DNA from: Candidatus Azotimanducaceae bacterium
GTDB taxonomy: Bacteria; Pseudomonadota; Gammaproteobacteria; Pseudomonadales; Azotimanducaceae
Direction of reading: 5' to 3'
Assembly: GCA_047629195.1 (NCBI GenBank)
Contig: JBLHWY010000011.1
Location: forward strand, 3,061 to 67,060
DNA: 64,000 nt
Both the position numbers and the translations under genes were made by a program. Of this stretch, positions 55,858 to 64,000 are shown in pieces. Every line of letters starts with the position of its first letter. Within the stretch, counting starts at the first letter, position 1. Below the pieces are notes generated by a model that saw only the letters and a list, made by a program, of their open reading frames with translations, did not search any database and was not told the origin of the DNA.

Positions 55858-57051
55858 TTAGAGCTTGCTCTGCGACCTGTTATTTAGGGCCGTCTGATTG
55901 GCTTTGATGTATTTTTCAGACTGCATTTCCATCAATCGACTTCTGGTACGATTAAACTCTTCTGAAAGTATGCCATTGAGATACAAATCAGTGAGTGGCA
56001 CTTCTGCGCTGACATATAGCAACGTACCTTGATCATAAAACTCGTCCACCAGACTGATAAAACGCCTGGCGGCGTTATCGTGATTAGCAGCAAGCACTGT
56101 TCTTTCTCCTGTGCTTAAGCCTATCTCTGAATCTTCCGTGCCTCGGGCCTTAATGCGATTGGTAACTTCTCCGGAGAAGGCGGGAACCCCGGTGATGATG
56201 ATGGTGTTAAATCTGTCAGCAAGTTCCATGTAATCCAAATGCGACCGTGGTCCTTCGCAAATTGCAGAGAAATTAAACCAAACTAATTGTTTGCTCGCGC
56301 TTACTATTTCGATATCGCGATGGCAGATCTGTATGGTGGTTTCGCCCTGCTGTTTACCGCTCTGTTCGCCGATAAGGGACTCAAAGAGCGTACTGAAGTC
56401 TTCCTCGCCTGAGATGAAATAAGTTGGTAGAAATATTTCGTGACTGAACCGATAATCAACAGGGCCGTCAAGGTGCATCTGCTGTAGGTGATTTTGTAGT
56501 AATTCGATAGCAGGTTCGAAGCGTTTTCGGTGCAAGCCGTCTTGATAAAGGTTTTTAATGCTGATGTTGGAGGTTGCGACTAAAGTGACACCGCGATTGA
56601 ACAGGGCGTTAAACAATCGATAGAGAATCATCGCATCGCCGATATCAGATACAAAAAATTCATCGAAGCAGAGCACCTTGGATTCCTGTGCCAGGCTGTC
56701 TGCGACAAATTCAAGCGGCTCCTTCATACCAGATGCTTCTCGTAAATCACGATGTACTCGCGCCATAAAGCGATGGAAATGCAATCTCAGCTTGAGATGA
56801 TCCGGTAGGCACTCAAAAAAGATGTTCAGCAGCAGAGATTTGCCTCTACCGACAGGACCATGAAGGTAGATGCCTTTTAACGGGGTAATGCTAGGGGAGT
56901 TAATCTCAGCAGACAAAGAAAGCGATTGTTCTTTTACTTTCAATTCGTGGTGGAGTGCATCTAACTTTGCTATCGCATCTAATTGCGCGCTATCAGGCGC
57001 TAATTGTTGCTCGGCGATTATTTCTTTGTAGCGGGATTGTGGTGAAATCAT
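55858..57051 (-). CDS. zapE: AFG1-like ATPase / cell division protein ZapE
   Basis: Walker A in IYLHGPVGRGKSLLLNIFF. Walker B in VLCFDEFFVSDIGDAMIL. LVATSN. Confidence 0.85.
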   Translation of the reverse strand: MISPQSRYKEIIAEQQLAPDSAQLDAIAKLDALHHELKVKEQSLSLSAEINSPSITPLKGIYLHGPVGRGKSLLLNIFFECLPDHLKLRLHFHRFMARVHRDLREASGMKEPLEFVADSLAQESKVLCFDEFFVSDIGDAMILYRLFNALFNRGVTLVATSNISIKNLYQDGLHRKRFEPAIELLQNHLQQMHLDGPVDYRFSHEIFLPTYFISGEEDFSTLFESLIGEQSGKQQGETTIQICHRDIEIVSASKQLVWFNFSAICEGPRSHLDYMELADRFNTIIITGVPAFSGEVTNRIKARGTEDSEIGLSTGERTVLAANHDNAARRFISLVDEFYDQGTLLYVSAEVPLTDLYLNGILSEEFNRTRSRLMEMQSEKYIKANQTALNNRSQSKL

Positions 57052-57506
57052 GCGCGAAAAACCGTGAGTGCCAAGATAACTTCTCCTAATATTGTCCCGC
57101 TAAGAGTTTGTTGAACAAACTGGTTCAGAGCTGAAATCAATGCGTGCAAAACAATCGATCCTGTTTCTGTGTGCAGCCAAAATAGTAAACCGCAGTTAAA
57201 TAGAACGGTAGTCCAAAATAATCTGCGAAAGCTTTTCTTCTGAGTTTTATGTCTTAGCCATTGTTGCGCCAGGATTGCACCGGGCCAACCGCTGAGAATT
57301 GAGAATATATGTAGTGTATTTTCAGCGACCCTTTGTTTCTGTTTTCTAGCAGCTCTTTTATCAATGGCATAAATTAAACAGCTAGACAGGCTAAAGAATA
57401 GATAGATATATGTGATGAGCAAAGGCGTGTAGCCAAGGTAAAAAGATACTGGTAGAAATACCATGATGACGACTAAAGGCAGAAGCTGTAATTTGTGTTG
57501 GAACAT
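57048..57506 (-). CDS. DUF1294 membrane protein
   Basis: YAIDKRAARKQKQRVAENTLHIFSILSGWPGAILAQQWLRHKTQKKSFR. Its stop overlaps the zapE start by 4 nt. Confidence 0.75.
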   Translation of the reverse strand: MFQHKLQLLPLVVIMVFLPVSFYLGYTPLLITYIYLFFSLSSCLIYAIDKRAARKQKQRVAENTLHIFSILSGWPGAILAQQWLRHKTQKKSFRRLFWTTVLFNCGLLFWLHTETGSIVLHALISALNQFVQQTLSGTILGEVILALTVFRA

Positions 57507-57650
57507 AACTGATGAATCCGTTTTACAACCGAGATCAATTTGAAACGGCTAGTTTGTAAATGCTCAGCATGTCCCCATTCATAAGATCTTTTTACCTAGG
57601 CATCGTCCGGGTTCCTTAACACCTTTTTAGAGCCGAATACCGATCTATGA

Positions 57651-57670
57651 TTTTAGCACTGGTGCTAAAA
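57651..57670. promoter_or_regulatory. Perfect 9+9 inverted repeat TTTTAGCAC-TG-GTGCTAAAA in a divergent intergenic region
   Basis: Read directly from the sequence. It lies between the DUF1294 start (57506, minus strand) and the hypothetical gene start (57844, plus strand). Confidence 0.4.
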
Positions 57671-57843
57671 CCAGTGGTTTACATCTGCGAATTTCTTGAA
57701 GCTTGCCTAATTATAACCTGTTTAGTGCTGATGCAACTTCGGTTACGTTTGTGGGTATTGCCTCACTTGAACGACATCCTAATGGCGCAGAGAGCAAATT
57801 TGTCGCCACCAGGTTTGCTCAGATATGCTATTGTGACTGTATT

Positions 57844-58248
57844 ATGTTGTCCTATAAACTCGATAAAGAAAATATGATTCTTATCACAACCTGGGTCGGG
57901 GAAGTGAGGGATGCTGTGTTAATCGAATTTTATGAAAAAATACGAGCTGATCCAAGCTTTGACCACAAATTTCGCGAAATTGTGGACCTAAGGCAAGCCG
58001 ACCTCTCTGGGGTGACAGCAGAGGGGCTGCAGCGGTTAAATGAATTGCACACTGATCATATGAGCAAGTTCAAAGAAGTAAAGCCTACCAAGGCCGCAAT
58101 CATAGCCTCAGAGGCGCTCAGTTATGGGCTTAGTCGAATGTATTCAGGCAAGTCCGATGAAATGATAGAAACAAACGTGTTTAAAATTTCTGGTGAAGCA
58201 CTGGCATGGCTCGAATTGCCGGACGATTATCAATATATTTCAGACTAA
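57844..58248 (+). CDS. Hypothetical protein (about 134 aa)
   Basis: The ORF is open from 57703, but the coding-like part starts at MLSYKLDKENMILITTWVGEV. No family is recognised with confidence. Confidence 0.35.
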   Translation: MLSYKLDKENMILITTWVGEVRDAVLIEFYEKIRADPSFDHKFREIVDLRQADLSGVTAEGLQRLNELHTDHMSKFKEVKPTKAAIIASEALSYGLSRMYSGKSDEMIETNVFKISGEALAWLELPDDYQYISD

Positions 58249-58255
58249 CCCTGTG

Positions 58256-58299
58256 ACCTCAACACTGTTATACCTCAACACTGTTACACCTCAACATTG
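58256..58299. repeat. 16-bp tandem repeat ACCTCAACACTGTTAY x2.7
   Basis: Units at 58256-58271 and 58272-58287, with a partial unit at 58288-58299. The repeat lies between convergent genes. Confidence 0.85.
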
Positions 58300-58369
58300 C
58301 CATTTAGATTGCTAGAGCTCTGATGAAGCGAACACGCTGAAAGTACCTCTAGGGATTGAATCGACTGCT

Positions 58370-59779
58370 TCATTCGTCAGCCGAAGAACTCTGACTATCT
58401 AGCTCATCGAATTTGGCTGCCATAGTGGGGTTGCGTCGAGTTAGTTTCTTGATCGTAACATCCTGTGATTTGTCATTCGCGAGACGAAGATTCCTATCTG
58501 TACTCAGCAGTGCGTCCTTCGTTTTCTGCAGATGGTCGATTGACTTGTCAATCTCATCGATTGCTGTTTGAAATTTTTTAGAGGCGAGGTCATAGTTCTT
58601 TGCGAATGCGTTCTTGAATTTATCAAGGTCGTTTTCGAAGTTTGTTATGTCGACACTCTGGGCCTTAACAAGCGCAAGTTCCTTCTTGTATTCGAGCGAC
58701 TTCATTGCCGCGTTACGCAGCAGCGTAATGATTGGAAGAAAGAACTGTGGCCTAACGATGTACATCTTGGGGAAGCGGTGAAACATGTCGACGATCCCCG
58801 AGTTATAGAGTTCGCTGTCAGGTTCTAGCAGTGACACTAGTATCGCGTATTCACAGCCCTTCTCTGTGCGATCCTTGTCTAGCTCCTTTAAAAAGTCCTC
58901 GTTCTTTTTCTTCGTTGTAGTGGTATCGATTTCGTTTTTCATTTCAAACATGATTGAAACAATCTCAGTGCCAGCCTCGTCCGAGTCGCGGAAAATGTAG
59001 TCGCCCTTACTACCGGTTCTCGCATCATTATCTTTTTCGAAATAGGCCCTAGGAAATGCCGTTGCTCGAATGCGATTGAACTCTGTATCACAATGTTGCT
59101 CGAGGGTTTCGCCAACCATCTTGGTCGACAGACGAGCCTTCATATCCCGAAGACGCTCAATAGACTCATCACGATCCTTGATTTGTGTTTCGTATTTATC
59201 CTTGAGGGACTTCTCAGCAAGTTGTTTTTCAAGCTCCGACTGCTTAAGGTTGCTCTTCAACTCGTCGCGTTCCTTCTCGACCGCGCCTACTGCGCCAGTG
59301 ATTGCGATCTTCTGCTCAAGCTGGGTGGCGTCGAGCTTGGATTTTAAATTCTGGATTTCTTTATCTTTAGTGGCGGTAGTTTCCTGTAGCTCCCGCGCCA
59401 GCTTCGCATCTGCAAGTTCTAAAGCCGTTTGCTTATCGCGCTTAGTTTGCTCAAGCTCGCTGGCCAAGATGTCCCTCTCTTTCTCGAGTTCGCCCCGTGC
59501 CTCGGTAACAGCGAGTTTTTGCGTGACTTCTCCTGTGTCCAATTTTGCTTTTAACGCTTGAATCTCGGCATCCTTTGTTGCGGCGGCTTTTTGCATCTCG
59601 TTACCGACTTCGCTCTTGGCGAGTTTTACAGCGTTCAGCTTGTCCTTCTCGGCCAGTTCAAGCCGCTCGTGTAACTGTTGTTCAAACTCGTTATCGCGAA
59701 CCTGCTTTATAATGTCTGCATACCCAGCTTCGTCGATTTTGAATGCTTTATCGCAGTGCGGGCAAATGATTTCGTGCAT
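58370..59779 (-). CDS. DUF2130-like protein: N-terminal zinc-ribbon-like CPHC, long coiled coil, C-terminal nuclease-fold-like domain
   Basis: [32 protein letters not shown]. About 200 aa of heptad-like E/K/L-rich sequence. C-terminal GDYIFRD...[11 protein letters not shown] (D...ExK-like). Confidence 0.65.
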   Translation of the reverse strand: MHEIICPHCDKAFKIDEAGYADIIKQVRDNEFEQQLHERLELAEKDKLNAVKLAKSEVGNEMQKAAATKDAEIQALKAKLDTGEVTQKLAVTEARGELEKERDILASELEQTKRDKQTALELADAKLARELQETTATKDKEIQNLKSKLDATQLEQKIAITGAVGAVEKERDELKSNLKQSELEKQLAEKSLKDKYETQIKDRDESIERLRDMKARLSTKMVGETLEQHCDTEFNRIRATAFPRAYFEKDNDARTGSKGDYIFRDSDEAGTEIVSIMFEMKNEIDTTTTKKKNEDFLKELDKDRTEKGCEYAILVSLLEPDSELYNSGIVDMFHRFPKMYIVRPQFFLPIITLLRNAAMKSLEYKKELALVKAQSVDITNFENDLDKFKNAFAKNYDLASKKFQTAIDEIDKSIDHLQKTKDALLSTDRNLRLANDKSQDVTIKKLTRRNPTMAAKFDELDSQSSSADE

Positions 59780-59838
59780 ATCTATTCTCTCCTATTTAGC
59801 GAAAATTCGCATTTGGATGCTTTGCGACATGTCGACAA

Positions 59839-60021
59839 TTAAAGGGCTGCTGGAGTATCTGCGCTACCAATCAAGCCTAGTTTTGCTTCATGGCCAAGCA
59901 AAATTAGTCTACCGCTATCTCCTTCTAGCCCGGCAAGAAGCTTATCTGGCGTTAACCCTGGCCACTTATCGTAGTCCACTACATCAGGATGCCAGCCAAT
60001 CAGTAGTATGTTCTTTTTCAT
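59839..60021 (-). CDS. Small hypothetical protein (60 aa)
   Basis: GGAGA lies just upstream of the ATG on the minus strand. The composition is protein-like (MKKNILLIGWHPDVVDYDKWPGLTPDKLLAGLEGD...). No function is assignable. Confidence 0.3.
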   Translation of the reverse strand: MKKNILLIGWHPDVVDYDKWPGLTPDKLLAGLEGDSGRLILLGHEAKLGLIGSADTPAAL

Positions 60022-60267
60022 GCTCTCCGTTACGAAACAGCCGCCCTTCGAATCGTCCCGCTGAAAGCCGAAGAAATATAAAAACTCGCATTCTCAGCAT
60101 GAGGTGTTCGGCATAAGGGGCGCCTGAGGGGGTTGTTCGATGCCATTATGTTTTTTGTTAATGAAAACATCAAAGCGCCAATTGATTTTCCTGCAGTTTT
60201 GTTAAAATCTAAGTTCGCAAAACACGCATTGCTAAAATAAACATAATTTTTGGTTTGATGTACTTTG

Positions 60268-60516
60268 CTAGAGGCTGGTGTCGTTAGCATCACTTCTCTT
60301 GCTTCGCTTATATATTAAAAATGCAATATAGATGAGGTTGAAAGGCGGGATTAAGGAAAGAATGGCACCAGTTTGGGCACTGGTCATCCTGCTTGTCTTT
60401 GTATATTTTGCCAAGCGATAGCAGATAAAGGCAGATCCAGCCACCCAAAAGAATAGCCCGATTGCGAGCTGAACTAGCATAATGTTGTTCGTCATGATCT
60501 TGTTCCTTTTGAACAT
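60268..60516 (-). CDS. Small hypothetical two-TM membrane protein
   Basis: Hydrophobic segments LVQLAIGLFFWVAGSAFICY and GAILSLIPPFNLIYIAFLIY. The start is uncertain (alternative Met at 60495). Confidence 0.3.
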   Translation of the reverse strand: MFKRNKIMTNNIMLVQLAIGLFFWVAGSAFICYRLAKYTKTSRMTSAQTGAILSLIPPFNLIYIAFLIYKRSKRSDANDTSL

Positions 60517-60646
60517 TTAGCCTTTGTTTCCAAGACACCTTGAAACAAGCTACGGTCCGCCGAGTGCCAGAAATAGCATTCATTTTGACGTCAATTTTGG
60601 CCTCGGTTTTGTACTGGTTAGACGGTTATATTTGAATTAGCCAAAG

Positions 60647-61837
60647 CTAAGTAACGCTGGCAATTGCCTCACACAGAGCATCGCAATTCGTTGGTGTGAT
60701 CGCTGCAACATTTATCCTGCCGTTACCGACGATGTAGACTGCGTGTTCATTTTTTAATTTATCGACTTGTTCGGGGGTTAATCCAGAAAAGCTGAACATG
60801 CCACGTTGTTTGGTGATGAAAGAATGGTTGCCGGGTACGCCTTTAGCTGTGAGTGTGTCTGCGAGTAACTGCCGCATGGCTTGGATGCGATCTCGCATTT
60901 CTTTAAGTTCGCCTTCCCATTGTGTACGCAGTTCAGGGTCATTAAGAATTGTGCTGACGATGATGCCACCGTGGGCTGGCGGGCTGGAGTAGATTGATCT
61001 TATGACAGATTTGATTTGGCTGGTGGCAATATCTACAGCTGTCGGGTCTGCCGCAACGGCGGTTAAACTGCCTGTGCGTTCATTATAGAGGGCAAAGTTT
61101 TTTGAGAAACTACCGCAGATGAAGGTTTCTTTACCTGGTCGCACGAGCTTTAGTGGTCCTTCGCCGTCCTCGCGAATGCCTTCGGCAAAACCTTGGTACG
61201 CGAAGTCGAGTACTGGCATTAAGCCATTATCATGCACAAGGTCAGCTATTTTTTGCCATTGCTCGTTGCTTGGGTCAACGCCTGTTGGGTTGTGGCAGCA
61301 GCCATGCAGTAAGACGGCATCTCCTGCGGGGATGTCAGCCAATGCGGCCATCATTGCGTCGAATGCGAGTCCATTGCTGGCTTTGTCAAAGTAGGGGTAA
61401 CGTTTTACTTCGAGCCCGGCTGTTTCAAAGATGTTGATGTGATTGACCCAGGTAGGGTCGCTTACCCATATCCTTTTGCTGTGTGAGAGTTTATTTAAAA
61501 AGTCACCTACTATTCTTAAAGCGCCAGATCCGCCCGGTGTATGTATTGTTGCGGCTCGACCGCTTGTTACTGCTTCATGCTCAACGCCGAAAATGAGTGG
61601 TAACACGGCTTCGTTAAACGCGGCAAAGCCTTCAATAGCGCTATAGGCTTTTGTGTCTTCATTGGCATATATTTTGGCTTCTGCTTTTTTCACACAATCT
61701 AACAAAGGGGTGTTGCCGTGTTCGTCTTTGAAAACGCCCATTGATAGGTTGATTTTGTTTGCGCTGGTATCTTTGTTGTAAAGTTCAGTAATCCCCATGA
61801 TTGGATCGGCGGGGGCTTTGTCCATTGATTCAAACAA
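60647..61837 (-). CDS. Aspartate/aromatic-amino-acid aminotransferase (AspC/TyrB class I)
   Basis: MFESMDKAPADPIMGI...INLSMGVFKDEHGNTP closely parallels the E. coli AspC N-terminus. PLP-lysine context SFSKNFALYNERTG. Confidence 0.9.
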   Translation of the reverse strand: MFESMDKAPADPIMGITELYNKDTSANKINLSMGVFKDEHGNTPLLDCVKKAEAKIYANEDTKAYSAIEGFAAFNEAVLPLIFGVEHEAVTSGRAATIHTPGGSGALRIVGDFLNKLSHSKRIWVSDPTWVNHINIFETAGLEVKRYPYFDKASNGLAFDAMMAALADIPAGDAVLLHGCCHNPTGVDPSNEQWQKIADLVHDNGLMPVLDFAYQGFAEGIREDGEGPLKLVRPGKETFICGSFSKNFALYNERTGSLTAVAADPTAVDIATSQIKSVIRSIYSSPPAHGGIIVSTILNDPELRTQWEGELKEMRDRIQAMRQLLADTLTAKGVPGNHSFITKQRGMFSFSGLTPEQVDKLKNEHAVYIVGNGRINVAAITPTNCDALCEAIASVT

Positions 61838-61904
61838 TTTTGTGTCCTCGTATTCTTTCGAACTTTCGATTGCGTGTTGTGTATTGTGTGCTTTTCAAAA
61901 ACGC

Positions 61905-62690
61905 TTAGTCGTTAAATGTAAATCCTAAAGGCGCGGCATCGTCTTTCAATTTCTGCAACAGACCCTTCAGGCCCATGAGGTCAGAACCTTGAAAAATAAG
62001 CCTTGCGCCCATGTCCATATATTCCTGTGTCTTCTCAAAGGAAGAACTGGTTCGCCCCCAGTGTTTGCCCGTGTTTGCCGCAGCTTTGGCTATCGTTTCG
62101 CTCGCAGCAGTGACAATTTCATGGTCCACTTGTCCTGGTATGCCGCTCAAAATACTGAAGTCCGCTGGACCTAGCATTAGCCCGTCTATACCTTCGACGG
62201 CGCAGATCTCTTCTGCCTGGTCAATGGCGCTTTGTTCTTCCAATTGAGCGATGATGAAGGTTTCTCTGTTGGCTGTTTCTATGTACTCACCTGCTTTCAT
62301 AAAGCGATAAGGGTTGTCACCGCTGGAGCCGTCAAATCCTCGTTTGCCCTGGGGCGCAAACTTTGCCCATTTGACGATTTCACGTGCTTCTTCGGCATCT
62401 GAACATCGAGGATATAGAATCCCGGTTGCCCCTGCTTCTAGTAGTCGTCCCATGCGCATAAATTCACCTTTTGCAGGTCGGGCAACAATATCCGATGTAC
62501 CGACTCTGGCAGCTCGCATTAGGTTTGCGGCAGTTTCGTCGCTGTAAGAGTGATGTTCCAGGTCCATCCACAGACAATCGAAGCCCATCAGACTGGCCAT
62601 TTCAAACAGAGAGCCATCGGTTAAATGTAGTTGGGTTATAAGAACGGGTTCGTTCTTGGCCAATTTTGCTTTTACGATGCTTTTTCTCAC
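61905..62690 (-). CDS. HpcH/HpaI-family 2-keto-3-deoxy-acid aldolase
   Basis: GFDCLWMDLEHHSY, VARPAKGE, IAQLEEQSAI and GIDGLMLGPADFS. Confidence 0.85.
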   Translation of the reverse strand: MRKSIVKAKLAKNEPVLITQLHLTDGSLFEMASLMGFDCLWMDLEHHSYSDETAANLMRAARVGTSDIVARPAKGEFMRMGRLLEAGATGILYPRCSDAEEAREIVKWAKFAPQGKRGFDGSSGDNPYRFMKAGEYIETANRETFIIAQLEEQSAIDQAEEICAVEGIDGLMLGPADFSILSGIPGQVDHEIVTAASETIAKAAANTGKHWGRTSSSFEKTQEYMDMGARLIFQGSDLMGLKGLLQKLKDDAAPLGFTFND

Positions 62691-62894
62691 TTCAATGCCC
62701 CAGAATGATGCTCACAGCACAGTGTGTGGCTAGAGCACGATATTAGCAAATTATCGGCAATGGCAGTGTGATATTTAAAAGGGAATCGTACGTTAGATCA
62801 AAGCTTGGATGATCTTTGGGAGGATTCCTTCTGGCGGTCAATCGTTTGAAAGTCGCCAGAAGAAATTTGATACTAGATGTTTTGCGGGAACTGA

Positions 62895-64000
62895 CTAGAT
62901 TGCCTCTTCTACAGCCAAAAGCTCTCGTAACTCACGTTTTAAAAACTTACCGCTCGCATTTCTGGGTAGTGATTCGCTCATCAACCAGATATATCTCGGT
63001 ATTTTGAACTTTGCCATGTGTGCAACACAGTGAGCGCGGATGCCGTCAGCAGTGAGTGTTACTCCGTCTTCTGCGAATATTGCAATACCAACTTCTTCAC
63101 CCAGTCGATCATCTTCTACGCCAAACACCGAGCATTCGGCAACGCCTGAGTATTTGAAGATGACTGATTCAACTTCGGCACAATAAATATTCTCACCACC
63201 ACGCAAAACCATATCCTTAACGCGGTCGACGATGAAGATAAACCCGTCTTCGTCTAGGCGAGCAACGTCACCTGTGTGCAACCAGCCGTCGGTGATCGAT
63301 TCAGCCGTTGCGTCTGGTCGATTTAAATAACCTTTGATGACCGGTCCGCCTTTTACCCACAATTCGCCGACTTCACCCTGGGCGACTTCATTGCCATTTG
63401 CGTCGACGCATTTAGTTTCGAGAGTTGGTACAGCGGGACCACAACTATCAGGTCTGTCGACGAAGAAATCGCCGCTAATATTGGTGATGATGCCGCAGGT
63501 TTCTGTCATCCCGTAGCCTGTGCCGGGTCTTGCAGTTTTAACCTTGGTGTCGATTTTAGCGACAAGGTCGGGTTGCAATTGTGCACCACCGCCACCGAGA
63601 GAGGTGAGGGTTGATGTGTCGTACCTATCAAAATCTGGATGTGATATCAGTTCGCGGGACATGACTGGCACGCCAGTTAAATTCGTAATACCTTCTGCCT
63701 CGATGATCTTCAGCGCTTCACCCGCTTCCCAGCGATACATATGTACCAGTTTGCCACCGGCAATGGTGGCAGCCTGCGCGAGACAGTTATTTGCGGTCAC
63801 ATGGAATAATGGCGTTGTCACCAGGCCAGAGAGAATAGGGACATCTTCTGGATTTGGCATTGGCACGTTATTGACCTTAGCCATGGTGGCACCGAATGCG
63901 CTGCCAAAAAAGGCGATATTCATAATGTTGCTGACACATCCAAGGTGCGTGAGTTGTGCACCTTTAGGTTTGCCCGTCGTACCTGAAGTATAAAAAATGC
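62895..64000 (-). CDS. AMP-dependent acyl-CoA synthetase/ligase (N-terminus outside window)
   Basis: The frame is open to the window end. The reverse complement of 63960-63995 encodes YTSGTTGKPKGA. TGYGMTE, GWLHTGD, VDRVKDMVLRGGENIY and NASGKFLKREL are also present. Confidence 0.85.
   Translation of the reverse strand, partial: IFYTSGTTGKPKGAQLTHLGCVSNIMNIAFFGSAFGATMAKVNNVPMPNPEDVPILSGLVTTPLFHVTANNCLAQAATIAGGKLVHMYRWEAGEALKIIEAEGITNLTGVPVMSRELISHPDFDRYDTSTLTSLGGGGAQLQPDLVAKIDTKVKTARPGTGYGMTETCGIITNISGDFFVDRPDSCGPAVPTLETKCVDANGNEVAQGEVGELWVKGGPVIKGYLNRPDATAESITDGWLHTGDVARLDEDGFIFIVDRVKDMVLRGGENIYCAEVESVIFKYSGVAECSVFGVEDDRLGEEVGIAIFAEDGVTLTADGIRAHCVAHMAKFKIPRYIWLMSESLPRNASGKFLKRELRELLAVEEAI

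Noticed and set aside
59070-59561. 163-aa and 166-aa plus-strand ORFs (59070-59561 and 59616-60116) opposite the DUF2130-like gene
   Set aside because: Their Ser/Cys/Phe-rich translations are the mirror image of the E/K/L coiled-coil codons on the other strand, so they are an artefact of repetitive codon usage.
60030-60293. 87-aa minus-strand ORF between the 60-aa ORF and the small membrane-protein ORF
   Set aside because: It has no RBS, an implausible composition and overlaps the neighbouring candidate.
1-64000. Search for CRISPR arrays, tRNA/rRNA genes, transposases, integrases, prophage or toxin-antitoxin modules
   Set aside because: No spaced direct-repeat array is present. No cloverleaf-like or rRNA-like sequence occurs in the intergenic regions I read. 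No ORF has DDE, tyrosine- or serine-recombinase hallmarks. The only repeats are the short tandem ones listed as features.

Overview
This 64-kb chromosomal window probably comes from a marine-type Gammaproteobacterium. That guess rests only on protein resemblances (AspC/TyrB-, PckG-, ZapE-, YgiQ-like sequences) and is not verified. Coding density is high: I call about 57 CDS by reading the translated ORFs for motifs. I saw no rRNA, tRNA, CRISPR array, transposase or integrase.

Content in order:
- Sulfur and methionine genes: type-II sulfide:quinone oxidoreductase, a GPH/MFS transporter and MetY.
- An MBL-fold protein fused to cNMP-binding domains.
- Acyl-CoA dehydrogenase, then a carbamoyltransferase/SxtJ-like/DUF5989-like triad.
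- DsbA-like, luciferase-like (LLM), hydratase, dienelactone hydrolase and FATP-like acyl-CoA synthetase genes.
- A complete coenzyme F420 module (npdG-cofE-cofD-cofC-fbiC plus LLM oxidoreductases), preceded by an archaeal-type TrmY-like SPOUT gene.
- DUF482, PhzF, 2-hydroxyacid dehydrogenase, two PaaI thioesterases, a UPF0126 channel-like protein and a thiolase.
- A seven-gene redox cluster at 37.1-48.3 kb, the most interesting region.
- Housekeeping genes: YaiI, an IDH/IPMDH-family enzyme, TauD, a frameshifted isochorismatase-like gene, GTP-PEPCK, YgiQ, ZapE, DUF1294, DUF2130, an aminotransferase, an HpcH aldolase and a partial acyl-CoA synthetase.

The redox cluster encodes 5-, 4- and 10-haem c-type cytochromes, an outer-membrane barrel candidate, a membrane-anchored FAD/NAD(P)H/2Fe-2S reductase, a cNMP-binding 4x[4Fe-4S] protein and a membrane protein with two His-x13-His pairs. 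I read it as a candidate trans-envelope electron conduit of a type I do not recognise.

Smaller points:
- An in-frame TAA inside a YciI-like ORF.
- A 1-nt frameshift in the isochorismatase-like gene.
- An unlisted 50-aa ORF.
- Several operator-like palindromes and tandem repeats.

All calls come from reading the sequence and from memory of protein families. No searches were run.
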